A stretch of DNA of 45,266 nucleotides from Vicugna vicugna. Its lineage: Eukaryota. The translations under genes were made by a program, and so were the position numbers. The DNA is taken from contig MU058337.1 in assembly GCA_013265495.1 (NCBI GenBank), positions 3,564,686 through 3,609,951 on the forward strand. Reading direction: 5' to 3'. Position 1 is the first letter of the stretch. Each line of letters begins with the position of its first letter. Shown here piece by piece: positions 25,629 to 39,535 of this stretch. A model generated the notes under the pieces. It was not told the origin of the DNA. It saw only the letters and a list, made by a program, of their open reading frames with translations, and searched no databases.

Positions 25629-27964
25629 CTTGCTATTGGTTATTGGTTGCAATGCTAATGAGGAAGCATATATGTATACATATATAAAATTGAGTATATT
25701 TATATTTATATAGGTGATTGTATAAGTAGCCAACGTTATATACTTGACATGGTTTTAGGGTATTCAGTTTATTATAATTAAATAATTTGAGATATTAGAG
25801 GAATGTTTGTAATCATGGAACCACCATTATCAGGGAATTTATAGCAGAAAAAAAACTTCCTTTAGAAAGTAGCATTTAGTCCATTTTTTCTTTTAAAATG
25901 TCAGTTATTTATTTTGACATAATTTGACTCTAAATTCTTAGCTTCAAAATGTAAAATATGCTGAGGTTGCATATTTGTGTTCTCGAATTTCAACTTATCA
26001 CCGTTTCACACCAGCCATTTTCAGTAGTCCCTTCCTTCTTAGCAGCAAATAGCAGCAGACATTTATCGTGGCATAATTTAAAAAATCCATTAATCCTATG
26101 ATCAAACGTCAAAAACGGTTTCTTCCACAGTTTGGCAAAATAATGCAAAGAGGACAGTGGCTGCCTTTGAATTGTCTAATGAAAATCTGAGAATTAAATA
26201 ATGCATTCTGAATAAGCTCATCTTGGTGGTAATGGCTATTTATAAAAAGTGGTGGGAAAAGCCTGTAAAACTCATTTACATTGCAAGTAAATTTTAAGTA
26301 AAGATGTAGTTTATACAAAACATTTTACAGTAAACTCAAAAGCAATCTTCCATGTGAATCATCTCAGCGGCTCACTTATGCATCTTACCATTTTCAACTT
26401 TTCCTGCTACATCCTTGCTGCACGTAAGAAAAGCAGGACCTGGTTTTAAGAAGTAACATTAGAAACGTATTTGCTCTTTCACATCCCTAACACGTAATTT
26501 TTAAAATCTTATTTCAATCATGCCTCGTTCAGAATCATGTTCCAAAAGACAACACTCCGAGAATAAACATCAACTGAAGTCCTCTTAGTAATACAAGGAA
26601 TTACGATAGTCTGTTTAAATTCCGTTGTTGGAGCTTTTCCAAAAAAGTGCCACAAAAAATATGACAGAAATAACAGCCAGTTTAAACTCTGGTCCATAAA
26701 CCAAAGAACACAGTATTTATAATAGTAGTATAGTAACAAAATACTTAATTATGAATGGAGTGTATGTGTAAACCCTGGCCCACAGTAAATGTCAGCAGAT
26801 GCCTCTGAAAGAATGAATCAATAAATGAAAAATGAACGAACAAATAATGAATAAAGAAAGGAGATGCGTATTATAATCCCGCAACAAGTTGCCTTATTTT
26901 TATCAAGAAAATCTACCCTTACATGTTTCCTTCCTTTTTTCCAAAGGTTAGTTTTTGTGACATTTTATGGATTGTAAATTCTTTCACATTGATTAACCTA
27001 TTAGATACTGCAAATATTAGAGCAATTTTTATCATATATAAATAATTTGAGAAATAAAATAACCTCCCCACAAGTAAAATATTAAATATATAAATAAATA
27101 GGTTTTTTTTTCTCTAGGACCATTCTGTCTGTATCCAGGTAAAATACACAATTTATGGAACAGCTATTGTGTGCTAATGTTTCATCTGCCTTCAATGCCT
27201 CCTTTTAATGTAAAACTTGCAGCAGTCTAAGATAGGAATGACTGGCCTCATTTGATCATATCATGAGCCTGTATTTGTTGAGGGAATACCCCAGGGTCAC
27301 TGTGTTAGTGACTAACTGAGTTCCAAATGCGTACCCCTCTCCCACCTTCATTAAGAGGGGCACACACTCTTAAAGGAAAAGACCATATTCTTTCCATTTC
27401 AGCAAGATGTCTGTCCCACATAAGCAGGCAACACAAGTTAAAGGAATTCCTGTGGTAGGAATGCCAGAAATAAATGAAGATAGAACAGGTCAAAGTTCAA
27501 TTTAACTGAGGAAGAGTGAGTTGATAAATGGCTACTTTACACTGGGTCTTCTATGCCTGATTTAATATATGCCACAAAATTTGATGCCATTGAAACTTAT
27601 TAGGGCTAAAATTTAGGAAAGCAAATGGTGAGATACAACATAAATGTGTAAACTGATTTGTTGTCCAATATACAATGAAATGTGTAAAACAGGAGAAGAG
27701 AGAGAAAACTATGTTCTCCCAAGTGTTTATCAAATGGAAGAACTCACCACTGTGCAAACCGAAGTAAAGGCAGCAATCAGTTGTCTAAAATTTTACCTCT
27801 AAAACTCCTTTTTGCACTGCTTTTAGTTTTTGACTATGTTATGCTGCTGTGTTTAACGAGGAATTCATTCATTTGCTCATAGCATAGTAAGTATGTTCAG
27901 TGTTTGCTTTGGAAAGAAGCATAGATACCACCCAGCCTGGGGCTGATCCTCTTGGCCTGGACAG

Positions 27965-28250
27965 AGAGCTCTCCCACCACATCTCTGACAGGCAGGATCA
28001 ATCTCTGCTTGAACACTGTGAGCTGGCTCAACCACTAGACTCTTAATACTGATTTATACTGAACTGAACTCGTTTTCTGTAATTTCGACCCTTTGTCTAT
28101 TGATTTTACATATGAAAGAAACACAGCAACCCCTAAAACAGTCCTTTGAATTATGTTAAGATTGCTGTGTAAACTTTTTTCCTTAGCATTCCCTATATGC
28201 ATCTAACCATCTCCAACTGCTTCAAATATCCTTCATGATTCAAGGTCACC
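27965..28250 (-). mobile_element. CR1/L3 LINE fragment
   Basis: catctctgacag...ctctgcttgaacac...ctgtaatttcgaccc...taaccatctccaactgcttcaa, collinear with the antisense L3 3' region. Confidence 0.65.
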
Positions 28251-28444
28251 AACTCCAAATTTATTCCAGGAAGTTGTGAACATGAACAGAGGACTCTGCT
28301 AAAATTTTATGGAGCAGACTAAGAAAAAAGCAGAAGAGTCTCTGAACTCAAGGCTTTGAGAATCTTCCACAGTTGCCCCTCAGATGTACATTTCCTTACT
28401 ACCTTGTAAAGTTTAATAAGCTCCATGCACACCCTAACACCTTC

Positions 28445-28660
28445 AAATCTTCAAATCACCTGATCTGCTGTCTTCTTAGCACTGCCCATTATTGTAAATA
28501 ATCTTGTGCTTTTCTCCACGTACTTCTGTGTTTTCTCCCTGGCCCCCTTTGGAATGCCAACTCTGTCTGGGAGGTGATCGGATGTCTTTCACTTCCATGT
28601 ATTTGGCACTAATAAGTCTCTTTGAAACATATTCAACATTAAATACATATTGATTAATGT
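28445..28660 (+). mobile_element. L2 LINE 3' end remnant
   Basis: tagcactg...ggaatgccaactc...atgtattt...taaatacatattgattaatg. Confidence 0.55.
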
Positions 28661-29477
28661 AATCAATCAACTGAAAACATAAGATATGATCACACAAGAG
28701 AAAGAGTCTGTGTATCAGGTGCTACAAAGAAAACAGAGAGTTGCAGCTTCTTACAATTTCAGAGCAAGCATTGAGCTGAACTTCCATTCATGACTCCAGG
28801 ACCAGTTTCAATGCAGATGGCCTTCATCTGCAGCAGGGGAGAGGACAGTCTGCTAAAGCAAGGGGAACGGGACTGAGTTTGCTGCTTAAAACCGGGCAAC
28901 ATACGTAAGCGGAGCTTTTGTGAAGAAAGCAGCAGTAAGATCACAAAGACAGGTACAACAGGGAGCTGAACGAGCATGAGAGCTTAGCTGAACTTAGGTA
29001 GCAAGAATTATTAGTGAGCACCCTTGCATTCATTTATTCAACATTCACTGAACATCTCCTCTATTACCTGTCCTGACCAATTTCTTGTTTCTTTTTCAGA
29101 GGTTTAAATCTACAGGCAAACAGGCCATCGCATTTGCTAGGCAGCCACTCCAAGCCTGACGTATTAGAAGACTCTGGGTGCAAGCATGGAGCAGATGCTA
29201 CATCGCTTCTTTGGAAAAGGTTCTGAAACCATGAATGATTACTAAATAATGTTATACACTGTATTTTTTACAAGCATATAAAATTTTAGTGAGTTTATTC
29301 TCTAAAATACTTTAAGAGACTCTAAAGTAGAACCCCTTGTTATGATAATTTAGCTTTTACAGTTCTTTCTTTGAACATAAATGTGTTGGAAGGCGCCTGT
29401 AAAACAAATTTATCAGTATCCTGCTATGTGATGTCTATTTACTACTTTGTAACACTTGAAAAGGAAAGTTTGCTCAG

Positions 29478-29479
29478 TC

Positions 29480-29513
<34 letters not shown>

Positions 29514-29526
29514 CCTCTCTCTCTCT
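29478..29526. repeat. (CT)n microsatellite, interrupted
   Basis: tctctc... run with two ccc interruptions. Confidence 0.97.
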
Positions 29527-30129
29527 GAAAGAGCTGCATGCTTTAGGAAATGAGGGAAGGAAAAAAGTAATAAACTTGTACCTATTGCTTAATATGTCTG
29601 CTACCAATAAGAATGTGGAAAAGCATTAGTAGGAGACACTGACAAAATGGTGAATATAGTTTGGAGAGAAGAGACAACAAGACAAGAAGGCTAAAGAGTA
29701 TTTCAAAGTAGACAGAAAAAGAGAGAAAGCAACAGTCACCATGGTGGGCGGAGATTACACTGGGGTGTGGATATTAAGTAAAGAGGCTAATTCTCTCCCT
29801 GAACCCAGATACTCTCATGCTATGTCCTTTCACGACCCATGGTTTACTAGCAATTTAAGGCTGTGTAAAGTCTGCTGCTGCTAAGTACTCTGAGCTGGTT
29901 TTAGGAGACCTTGGTCGGGCTCCTCTGAAAGGGATGCAAGGAGCTGTTTTACCAGTTTGGCCCTGATGGCCTCTGAGCACTTCTCTTCTGTTCCCCTTAT
30001 CCACACACCTTCCCAGTGTGCTGGCCTTCTTGCTGGTCCTGGCTCATGAGAGCTGGGCTCCGTAGCGCTTGCTCTTCCCTCTGCCTGGAAGGCTCCGCTG
30101 GCCAGAGAGCCACCTGGCTAACTGATGGT

Positions 30130-30500
30130 CTTTCCTTGGGCTTCCCCTAAACAGAGAGACTGAGACGAGGAACAGAAGCGAGAGAGCGCGAGGGTTACCT
30201 AGGAAAGCGGGAAGAGCCCAGACAGGGTTGCCGCTGTGCGCGGTAGCCCGTCCAGCCAGGACCAGCCAAGCAGCATTCGGAGGGCCTTCTAGAACCGCCT
30301 GCAGAATGTCAACATTTGGGACCCCCTGTCTCCGACAGGCTGAGCAGCCCTGCTGAGGTGGAGAAGCCCTGGGACGGAAGCAGAAGGACGCACAACTAGA
30401 GCCGCAGGAGGGATAAGCCCAGCGAGTCTGTCCTTGTGGAGAAGCGCCCACTGCAGGTACAGCAAAAACCAGCATGGGCCAAGGGCCCCCGGAGGCCTCT
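30130..30500 (-). mobile_element. ERVL-type LTR remnant (LTR33-like), GC/CpG-rich
   Basis: ttgggcttcccctaaacagagagactgagacgagga resembles the antisense LTR33 terminus and interrupts the L2. Confidence 0.45.
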
Positions 30501-30654
30501 CTTCTCCTCTGCACCTTTCAGATATTTGCTCCTAGAAGACCCTCTGATTAAAATCCCTATGCCCCCACCTCCTTGCTCCGTGCCCCTTCCCCCACTCTTT
30601 TTCCTTCACAGCATTTACCACTATTTGATATTTACCAGTGACTTAGATTTGGGA

Positions 30655-30846
30655 ACATGAGGGAGGGGTGGTCCTGCCCAGGTATCAGAGGGGGGTGCAA
30701 TGGTAGGGAATTAGGGACGTAATAAACCCACTAAAGCCTTTTGCTTTTCATTTCCACCAAGCACTAGCTATTCCAAACAATGTCATCGATACATACTTTT
30801 TCTCCAGGGGACAGATCACCCCCAACTGCTTGGCCTCCCTTGATAC
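30655..30846. mobile_element. hAT-Tip100 MITE (Arthur1A/MER69A-like)
   Basis: ggtcctgcccaggt...gggggtgcaa...taataaacccactaaa...ttccaaacaatgtca...cccttgatac. Confidence 0.7.
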
Positions 30847-32676
30847 TTTAATTTATTCAATTAAATTCTGCCTCCCTTGCTGAAATATGATTTCTATGAA
30901 GACAGATTTTTTGGGGGGCCTTTTATTTCACTGATGTAAGCTCTGTGCTTAAAATGTGCCTACATATTTGTTGATGGAGACTGTGAATAACCTGTCTTTC
31001 CTCCCCACCTGGAGGAGAATGAATGAAAAAAATTAAGCCAGAAAAAGAAATTCAGAATTCTGAAAGGCAAAAGAAAACACGCGCACACACACACACGCAA
31101 ATAGAAGGACACACCTTTGCCCTCATTGCTTCCACCCCTCCAGCAAGAAAAGTTAAAAACCAACAAAAATTGTTGCTCAAGGGGAAAAGAGGATGCCAGG
31201 ATGGAAGTTTTACTTCTCTGAATATAACACATCGGTATTTTTGCCTTTAGAAATGTGCACATTTTGTATAATTATAAAATAAAATTAAATCAGTTAAACT
31301 AGTAAGTCCTAAGTATCAAAAGCAAAATAAAACAATTTAATCTCGTTCTTGCATTGGTGGCCTAAACAATTCTAACAAGACAGGAAATCAGCTATGTAGG
31401 CCTGGTGAGACGTGTGCCCAAAACAATAATGAATGTGAAGAAATCTTCAGCTCTCTCGTTAACTGATTTTTCATCTTGCCATTATGAGATGATATATAAA
31501 AAGATAAGCAAATAGATGATAGAAAGATGACAGAGCAAATAAGGAGGCAGGTAAGATTATCAGTGGAAGAGAAAAGTCATATAAATATAAACTCAAAGAA
31601 GTAAAAATTCTATAGTTTTAACTTCGAATTAGAAATATCAATATCAAAATTCTGTAAGATGTTTCCTTGATAGCCTAAGAAAAAGCCTAGAAACCATGAC
31701 TTGCCCCAAACCAACAGCAATCCTGGTTGAGAATCAGTAGAAAATATTGATAAATATATGTGATCAACCCACTATGTTCAACTTCAGACAGTGGAGCTAA
31801 TTTAAAATCTCAAAATTATGTTTTCATTTTAAGATCAATAATGATGAGTTAACTTTGTGGTTATTAGGTTGAAAATAAGGTATTCTGCATATCCCATCAT
31901 GACTCTGAACCATCTTCAAAATCTTCCATGTTTGTACAAATATTTACTAGTCAATTTCAATGGCGTCTATCTGCAAGGCTCCTGGAACGTAAGTGCAAAA
32001 GACACATGCTGCTGCCTTGGATCTCACACTTTAACACACATCTGCTTCTATTTTATCCATGAACTCCAGCTGGAGTGTCTAGTAACAGTAATTACCTCCA
32101 AAATCAATATTTCTACATGTATAGGAGTTATCTTTGGCTTGGAAAACAAATAAATAAATGCAAGCTAACAATGAAAAGAGCACTTAGTCTGTGCTCTAAA
32201 CAATAAATCTAACATTGGGACAAGCCTAACCCCAATTTGCTCTTGAAATAAGCACTGTCACTAGGAAGCTATCCACTTACAGCACATTGCTATTGAACAG
32301 AACATTTGTGCAGTCCTGTTTATGGAGTTGATTTTGAAGCTAGTTCATAAGTCATGAAAGTCAGTCTCATTGCAGTGCACACAGTCATTAACCAAAGGTA
32401 GACTGCTGTTCTGCTCTGAAATAGGAAAAGGAAAAAAAAAACTTTCATAAAGCATGAAGGGACAAAGGACCTTATTACTACATCTGCTAAGAGACTTACC
32501 TACTTCTCAATTAATTTCGTATCACATAAGACACATAATTCTAGCTCTCCATGTTTATGTAAGTGAAATTGCAAAGGAATTTTTAAAAATTCTCATTGAG
32601 TAGCAAGTTGAAACACTTTATATAAACATATTACAGCTTCAGAAATACCACAAACTAAAACTATGCAAGTGTTAGA

Positions 32677-32920
32677 GTGGCAATATTATGTGATGACAAA
32701 GACTGGCCACTGATCTGGAGACAGGCTACCTGGATTTGCGCCCAACCTCCAACTCTTACCAGCAGTTTGATCTTGGGCAAGTAAATGAACCCGTCTGTGC
32801 CTTAGTTTCTTTGTTTCTAAAGTGATGCTTAGCTTGTGAGGTACTTCGAAGATCAAATGACTTAATAACAGTGTACATAGCACATTTAGAGGATTGCTTG
32901 CCACGCAGAAAATATTAACT
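32677..32920 (+). mobile_element. Near full-length MIR SINE
   Basis: ctggagacag...ttaccagc...tgatcttgggcaagt...tctgtgccttagtttc...gatcaaatga...ttagagga. Confidence 0.8.
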
Positions 32921-34431
32921 AGGTTAGAATCATCCATGATTCATTTGCTTTGTTGAGTGACGATGCCTTCCTTTGCTTGACTTTCTTCTCCTATTTTCAG
33001 AATAGGCCAGAGTTACTGATTTTTGTCACTTGAATGCTTTGTAATGAGAGGTGGAAAAGCACATGATTAAAAGCTTATGTCTGACTTTTAAATTTTATTC
33101 CAGAAGAGTGCTCATATTTAGCAGTTCAATTTGTTCCTAGATTCACTTGACTTTTGCATACTAGAAATACTTTCCTAGAATTGCTCAGTCTTCTGTGTTG
33201 CTCTGTTACACGTAAATACAGCAAACGTGGATGGCATCTTCAGGAATCACATTCCTTACTGCGCACAGTCTCTGGGCGGGGCTCCTTGTCCTGGTGGGAG
33301 AGGGCGGGCAGGGCAGCCCAGGAGGGAGACCGGCTTCTCCAAGGCATGGGCGGCACCTCACCGCACTAGTGCTCACTGACCTATTTCTGAGTATATCCAT
33401 GACCTTTAAAAATATTGCTGATAACTGCTTTTTGTTTTATAGCTATGCGAGCATCTATAAGTTGTGCTCTTGAGTTCAATTTTAAGAACTTTCCACTTTT
33501 AAGGGCAACTGGTATTTTAATAGATTGCTTCTGTTTTATTACTTTACCCCTGTTCATCATGCATCTCCACTGTTCTTGTTCCCACTTGAATTTTTCTTCA
33601 TATTTTTTTCCAGTTTTTATTATGGACCAAAGATCTTTTCCTCTAATAAATTACGGTTTAATGAATCTAGAATTGAGAATTAATATTCATGTAGGACCAG
33701 CTTTCTATATTTGATTCTCCAAATTTTATAAGTTTTACTTTGTACTTAATGAACATACACTGATGACTTCATATACTTGGTTCTAAAAATTTGCAACGCG
33801 TCATTCTGCACTTAATGCGTTACTGCTAATACACACCTAACAAGCTTTTAAACTGAATCAATGAAGGATTGATCTGTATGTCTTCAAATTTCAAGTTTTG
33901 ATTGCCCTTTGAATGTAGTCTTTATTTTAACTAAAGTCTTGTAAAATAACATTATTTTCTTATTTTCTTTAAAATACCATGAAAAATACATCAGTAGAAG
34001 GAAATTACAGTTAGAGAGTAAAAGCGTTGGCAATTAGGTGGTTCTTTACAAATGTGTTATGTTCTTCCAGGAAATAATTAGTGATGTTCAGAAAATAAAA
34101 GGAATCCAAATAGTACGAGGCACTTTGGCACACTGAAGGTGTTAACAGTGTACATCATGCCTCTCCTTCAGGTGTATGGAAAGGTACCTCTATTGCACCA
34201 GGCACTGGGAGCCAAGCCACTTCATTACCTGGTAGTTTCTTCTCTGGATCTAAAAGTTGGATGCTTGCTAGATAGGTCGTAATCATTTCCTTCTTCGTAG
34301 GAATAGATCAGTGAGCTCCTGGTCCAAAGCCTCAGGCCAAGACTGCGTTCCTAAAGTTTTCTGTCCAGTGTTCAGATTCTGAGAAATTTCCACATAGAAT
34401 TCATCATTCCAATTTTTTCAGATTTCTCTGA

Positions 34432-34848
34432 TGTATTTTCTAGGCTGTTGTTAAAAAGTACCACAAACTGGATAACTTCAAGCAACAGACATTTATTCTC
34501 TCACAACTTCAGAGGCCGAAAGCCCAAAGTCAGACTATTGGCAGGGTCACGTCCCTCAGAACCCTCTGCAGAGGCTCCTTCCTTGCCTCTTGCAGGGTGT
34601 TTTCTGGTTGGTGGCTGTGTGACTCCAATCTCTGAGTATCTCCATATGGATGTCTGTCTTCTGTGTCCATTTCTCTTCTCTTCCTTTAATAGCAGACATA
34701 TTCCACTAGGGCCCACCTTAATGACCTCACTTTGACTAATGACATCTGTAAAGACCCTATTTCCATATAAGGCCATGGTCATGGGTCCAGGTTAGGAGTT
34801 CAAACTATCTTTGAGGGGGCGGGGGGGGGAATAATTCATTCCATAATA
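34432..34848 (-). mobile_element. MaLR LTR, MLT1 family (MLT1A-C-like)
   Basis: aagtaccacaaactgg...atttattctctcaca...tagggcccaccttaatgacctca...aagaccctatttcca...aattcattccataa. Confidence 0.85.
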
Positions 34849-34994
34849 ACCAGAGTAGCAACTGATTATTTTATCTCTAGCAGAATTTGAGCTTTTAACA
34901 ATTTAAGAATAGACCGGCTGTACTTGATAATCAGTAACTTGATTTAGACAATAATTTGCTTTGTATGACTTCGTTATGTTGACGACACTGGGTG

Positions 34995-35190
34995 CATTCA
35001 CTGAGTCAGAATACATTTCTTGATCTGTAGGCAATGTACTGGGCTGAGACATGAAGGAAATGCATGCAGGTTAAGCACAGATCTTCTTCGAAAAGAGTTT
35101 ATATTTTAGAAACTGAAAGAAAGCAAGCATAAACTACCACACATTCAAAGTGGACACTAACCAGTGCCGTAAGACGTGGGGGTCAGATGC
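34995..35190 (-). mobile_element. L2 LINE 3' end remnant
   Basis: cattcact...aggcaatgtactgggctg...aagagtttatatt. Confidence 0.5.
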
Positions 35191-36781
35191 CTCGAGGAAG
35201 GAGGGTGCCTACAGAACATTTGCCAGCAAACAGTCATGGTTCAACAGGTGAGTGTGTTTCCTCTCCCCCACTGAATTCTCAGCTCTGTAAAGATCTGCTC
35301 AACCTTCAGATACATCAGCATTTATGGCCTAGAAATTTCTATGACTTAAAGCAGCTTTTCTCAAGGTGTAGCCAGGATTGGTGCTGCTCTGTTTAGGTCC
35401 GTGGTGAGATAAATACAGACAGTGCGAATAAACTTTTTGAAAGCTTTAAAGTAACTTTGGTACTTTTAATGTCTGGTGAGGACAGTAATTTTTTTTAAAC
35501 ATGAGTTTGTATTTTGTACACTCATTTCCCTTTTCTTATTCCAGTAAGTTTTCATTGGATGTTATAAAAGCATATACTGGTGATATATTAAAATTCAAAA
35601 AAATTAAACTAGTTGTGCACTTCAGATAATTGAAATGCTCTGAAGGAAGGACTTTCTCCTGGAGAAGAACCACATTTAAATGCACAGCACAGTAAAGCCT
35701 CAGGCCTAATCTCTCTCTCACCCACCCGTCCCACAGAGACTTAGCTGAGAGTTCAGGGGATTAGTAAGAAATTTAATTTTTTTTTTGGTTCCTATCCAGA
35801 CTCATCCAGATGGTTCAGGAAGGTATCCCAGGTATAAAGATAATTATCTTTTTAAAGAGAGAAAGATTGTGTCCTCATGACACCCAGGTCTTGCAGTCAC
35901 ACTTCTGTATCTGAAGCAGGTGCAGGAGCACTAACAAATTGTCAGAGGGCCGCCTTCCACTTCCAGCCCTCCCACCGTAGAGAGTAATGACCTTGAACAC
36001 CTCCACACCTCCCTCTTCACAAATCACTCCCCACCCACCAAAGAGGATTTTTCCACCAGCAAGATGAGATTCAGCACGTGAACATCTTCCGTGGTACTCA
36101 AAGTTCTCTGTACATGATAGGAGTTAGGGTTTTATGGAAAGTAAGGTGTTGACTCTTCAGGGATATTGCCAACAAGGAAAATGTCCCCTAAGTTAAATCT
36201 TAAGCAAAAACAAAGACGTGGAATTTTCTGGAGTCTTTCTGCAATATTTTTTTGGCCAAAGCACAATGCAAGAGCTTGATAAGGCAACTACTTTCACTTT
36301 TTCAATAGCCCGACCTTCGGATAGGCCTTGTTCCACCACCCACCAAGGATGGACCGTAAAAATGTTCAAATAACATGGTATTTCCGGATCTCTTTACCTT
36401 ATCGAAACTAAAGAGAACTTGCATGTGGTGATTTTTCTTCCCAGAAAGGCTTTCAAAATAAACACGTTACAACTGTTGGGGTTTGGCGGGGGGGGGGTGT
36501 CACACAAGTATTCAGACATAATCTAGAAACTACTGAGAAAGCCAGTTCCAGTGGGCCACCAGAGTTCACATATGGTTCTTCCTAAACCAGGAGTGAAAAC
36601 TGCCTATGGTAGTTTTTGCCTCTATGAATATGTGTTTGGACGTAGACTTGTATATTAGCAGATAGCCAAGAAAATTTTCCTTTTTTTTTTTCAATTTATA
36701 TGTTTCTCTCTAAAAACATATAGGATACTATCTTAGGTCAGCAGAAGACCTAGAACTTAAACCAGCATATCCTCGTGCCTG

Positions 36782-37221
36782 TGTTAAACAGTAACAGTAC
36801 ACTTTCCTAAGACTTCCTGTGTGAGATCAAGCAACAATAGCTTATCTTTTTGAGCCAGGAATTACCTGCTCCTGGGAGATAAGACCAGGAAGTAACAAAA
36901 CTGCTTACTTATCAAGAATAAATTTGCTCATCCAAATCACTTCAAGATTCTCACCTCTTTGATGCGCCTGCAAATCCAAACCTATTGTGCTATAAACTTT
37001 GCCCAATCCCAACCAGTTCTACACCTTGAAATACACCCCCTCTTAAAATCACCTATCGCAGGTTCTCAAACATCTATAAATGCACTTCCATGATTTCTTT
37101 ACATAGAGTCTGTCTTAAGACTATCAATGTGGTTTTCTTCTTACTTTCACATGTCTAATAAACTTGGTTTGTTTAATTAACAGGCTTTTCTTCTGGTCTT
37201 TTGGGAGAAGGACGGTGAACA
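36782..37221 (+). mobile_element. Old ERV1-class solo LTR (MER31/MER67-like)
   Basis: TG...CA ends, internal tataaa, and 3' aataaacttggtttgttt...acagg...tggtcttttgg...tgaaca. No clear TSD. Confidence 0.7.
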
Positions 37222-38898
37222 AGGTGCACCAAAATAATTTAATTAATATAGAATTCTAGGTCAATGTATATGATAGTATCTTTCTACAAACTATTCTCAT
37301 TTTTCCCTATTCGTCCCTTAAAAATCAATATTATTAGAGATATTGTTTTAACAAACTGTTTCCTTTGACTTGCTAGATTTCTCTTACATTGCGTGTAAGC
37401 TGAAAGCCTTTTTCTTAGGTAGCTCCAATATAAATTTATTGAAACCAGGCACTACAGTTTATGTCAGCATCTAACTGTTTTGGTCCCTACCCCTTCTTAT
37501 GAAACATAAAAGGGACATCCGTTATGTGAGTAGTCCGATGTGAATGCTTAGACCCAGGGAAGCTGAAAACAGGGAAAAGTCTCCCATAAGAAAAGAAGTG
37601 AGCACAGTGGTTGGGAACCCAGATCAGGAGCTCCTGAAGACTGAACTAACAAAGTATGAAGACCCCAACCCTAGAAGCATATTTTCAGGATACGTTCCCG
37701 AAGCACACGTTCTGCAAGCAGTAAGACGGATAAATTAAGAGAGCCACTGAGTGGCCTGTCCAGGTGATGGTTAGGGACATCTGTGGCTTGGGGTATTTAC
37801 GAGGATTCAGAGGTCAGAAACCAGTAGTCCCAAAGAGCAGTGGTTTCACAAATGTTTCAAATTCAAGTAATGTTTTTCCAAGGAGAATTTGCCTATGAAT
37901 CAAGTCTCCAAGGACAGTTTTATTATTCACAGAAGAAAATTTAAGACCAAATTAATTTCCCAACACAACAACAAAAGTTTATAGAGAAGGAGGTAGCCTC
38001 GTGTTAAATCTAAGAAAAAGCCCCCAGTGAAGACTACGTTACACATATTTACGAAACGTAAGGGATCCGTATTAATCAGCTTGGCACTGCTTCTCTCTGT
38101 TTTGGGGGGGAATGTAGATTGTTTGTACATAGACATTACCTTTCAACTTTTTCATTCTTAACATCACTGACCCTAAGTCTCATAACACAGAAAGAAGTGG
38201 ATGAATGAGACAATATTGAGCGGAAGACAGGCTATGTAATTCCTCTGATTCTGCAATTATCCTTTTGAGATCCAAGGCTTTTTGATACTCTCAAAAAGAG
38301 GTATCCTCTTTAACTGCATGCCAGTTCACCTTCTGGAGCCCATGTCTGGGAAAAAAGGAGAAACAGAAAGACTAACAAAATGAATTATGGAAGTTACTAA
38401 AAGAGCAGCAGACATTATCTAAAATCACAAAACCATGTTTAATTTTATATGTATGTGTGTGTATATATGACTTATTTCTCTTAGAGAAATTTTACAGATC
38501 TGTCTGGATACTTTGTAACTTGAGTTGTAGCTGAATAACTCATTATTTTAGGGAGTCAAGGACCAGCTTTAATAGAGAAGTCAACTAAGTTATTTATTCT
38601 AAACAAAAACTTTTCCATGTAAAAACACAGTCTAATATATCTCCAACTAGAAGAATTCATTTGAATTTCCACAAAAATGAAAGCCAAACTCTTGCCAAAA
38701 TTTTTATTATCCTTGATTCAACATGTATAGTTGTATCAATGTTAACTAATTGATTTGTTTATTCAGGACTCTTTGAAGCTTATTAATGATCAAACACAGT
38801 GCTTATTACTAAAAACACATGGGCCCAATGACTTGGTTTGTCTTTATTGAGTTCTAGATGTTCCAAACGCAAAATGTGATACGTTCACTGATGGAGGT

Positions 38899-39171
38899 TA
38901 TGACGGTTATTTTCTGTGTCAACTTGACTGGGCCACTGGGTGCCTGGATATTTGGTCACACATCATGCTGGGTGAAACACTGGCTCTTCCTGTGTCTTGA
39001 GCCCACCAGCCTTCAGTCTGCAACCACCCCATTAGCTCTCCTGGGTCTCCAACTTACTGATTCCAAGTCTAGGGACCTGTCAGCCTCCATAACTGCATGA
39101 GCCAATTCCCTACTATAACTATGTATCATATCCTGTTGATTCTGTTTCTCTGGAGACCTCTGACCAGTAAA
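38899..39171 (+). mobile_element. ERVL LTR, MLT2 family, internally deleted
   Basis: tgtgtcaacttgactgggcca...catgagccaattcc...ttctgtttctctggaga. 5-bp TSD GAGGT at 38894-38898 and 39172-39176. Confidence 0.9.
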
Positions 39172-39339
39172 GAGGTTTACAGAGACTATTAAGATATTCT
39201 GGAGGAACTATCACGTGATGAACCATAGAATGATTACAGATGGCTTCTCAATGGATTAGAGCATAATCTGAAACTCAATTAAAATATTTTAAAAATGTAT
39301 GCAAATGGTAGTCTTCATCCAAGGAAAAACATCATCCAC

Positions 39340-39535
39340 TTTAGTGTCTTCGAAGCTTTTTAGCACCAGAAATTTCCTTCAAATAACATCTTTTAAGAAT
39401 TCCACTGAATAAGGCAGATGTATCTATAGCTGCTCTAATGGCTGTAGAAGTGCCAGCTGGGCACCCGGTCATGCCTGCAGACTCCATGGAATCTTGTCTG
39501 CAGACTCCTGGGTCTTATATAGTAGTTCACAGGTT
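39340..39535. mobile_element. Possible hAT-Charlie MITE remnant
   Basis: tagtgtcttcgaa...ttcaaataacatctt...agctgctct loosely match a Charlie-type MER. Termini eroded. Confidence 0.4.

Larger units (their letters stand above)
29985..30990 (+). mobile_element. L2 LINE 3' region split by two nested insertions
   Basis: ctggccttcttgctggtcct...ttccctctgcctggaa / cttcacagcatttaccac / ttcactgatgta...catatttgttga occur in consensus order. Confidence 0.7.

Noticed and set aside
28240..28248. TCAAGGTCA nuclear-receptor site (also TGACCTTGA at 35988-35996)
   Set aside because: Isolated 9-mers are plausible by chance in 45 kb, and this one lies at the edge of a CR1 remnant.
30044..30514. Longest ORF (156 aa, minus)
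   Set aside because: Lies in a GC-rich repeat nest with no recognisable domain. Stop scarcity is explained by composition.
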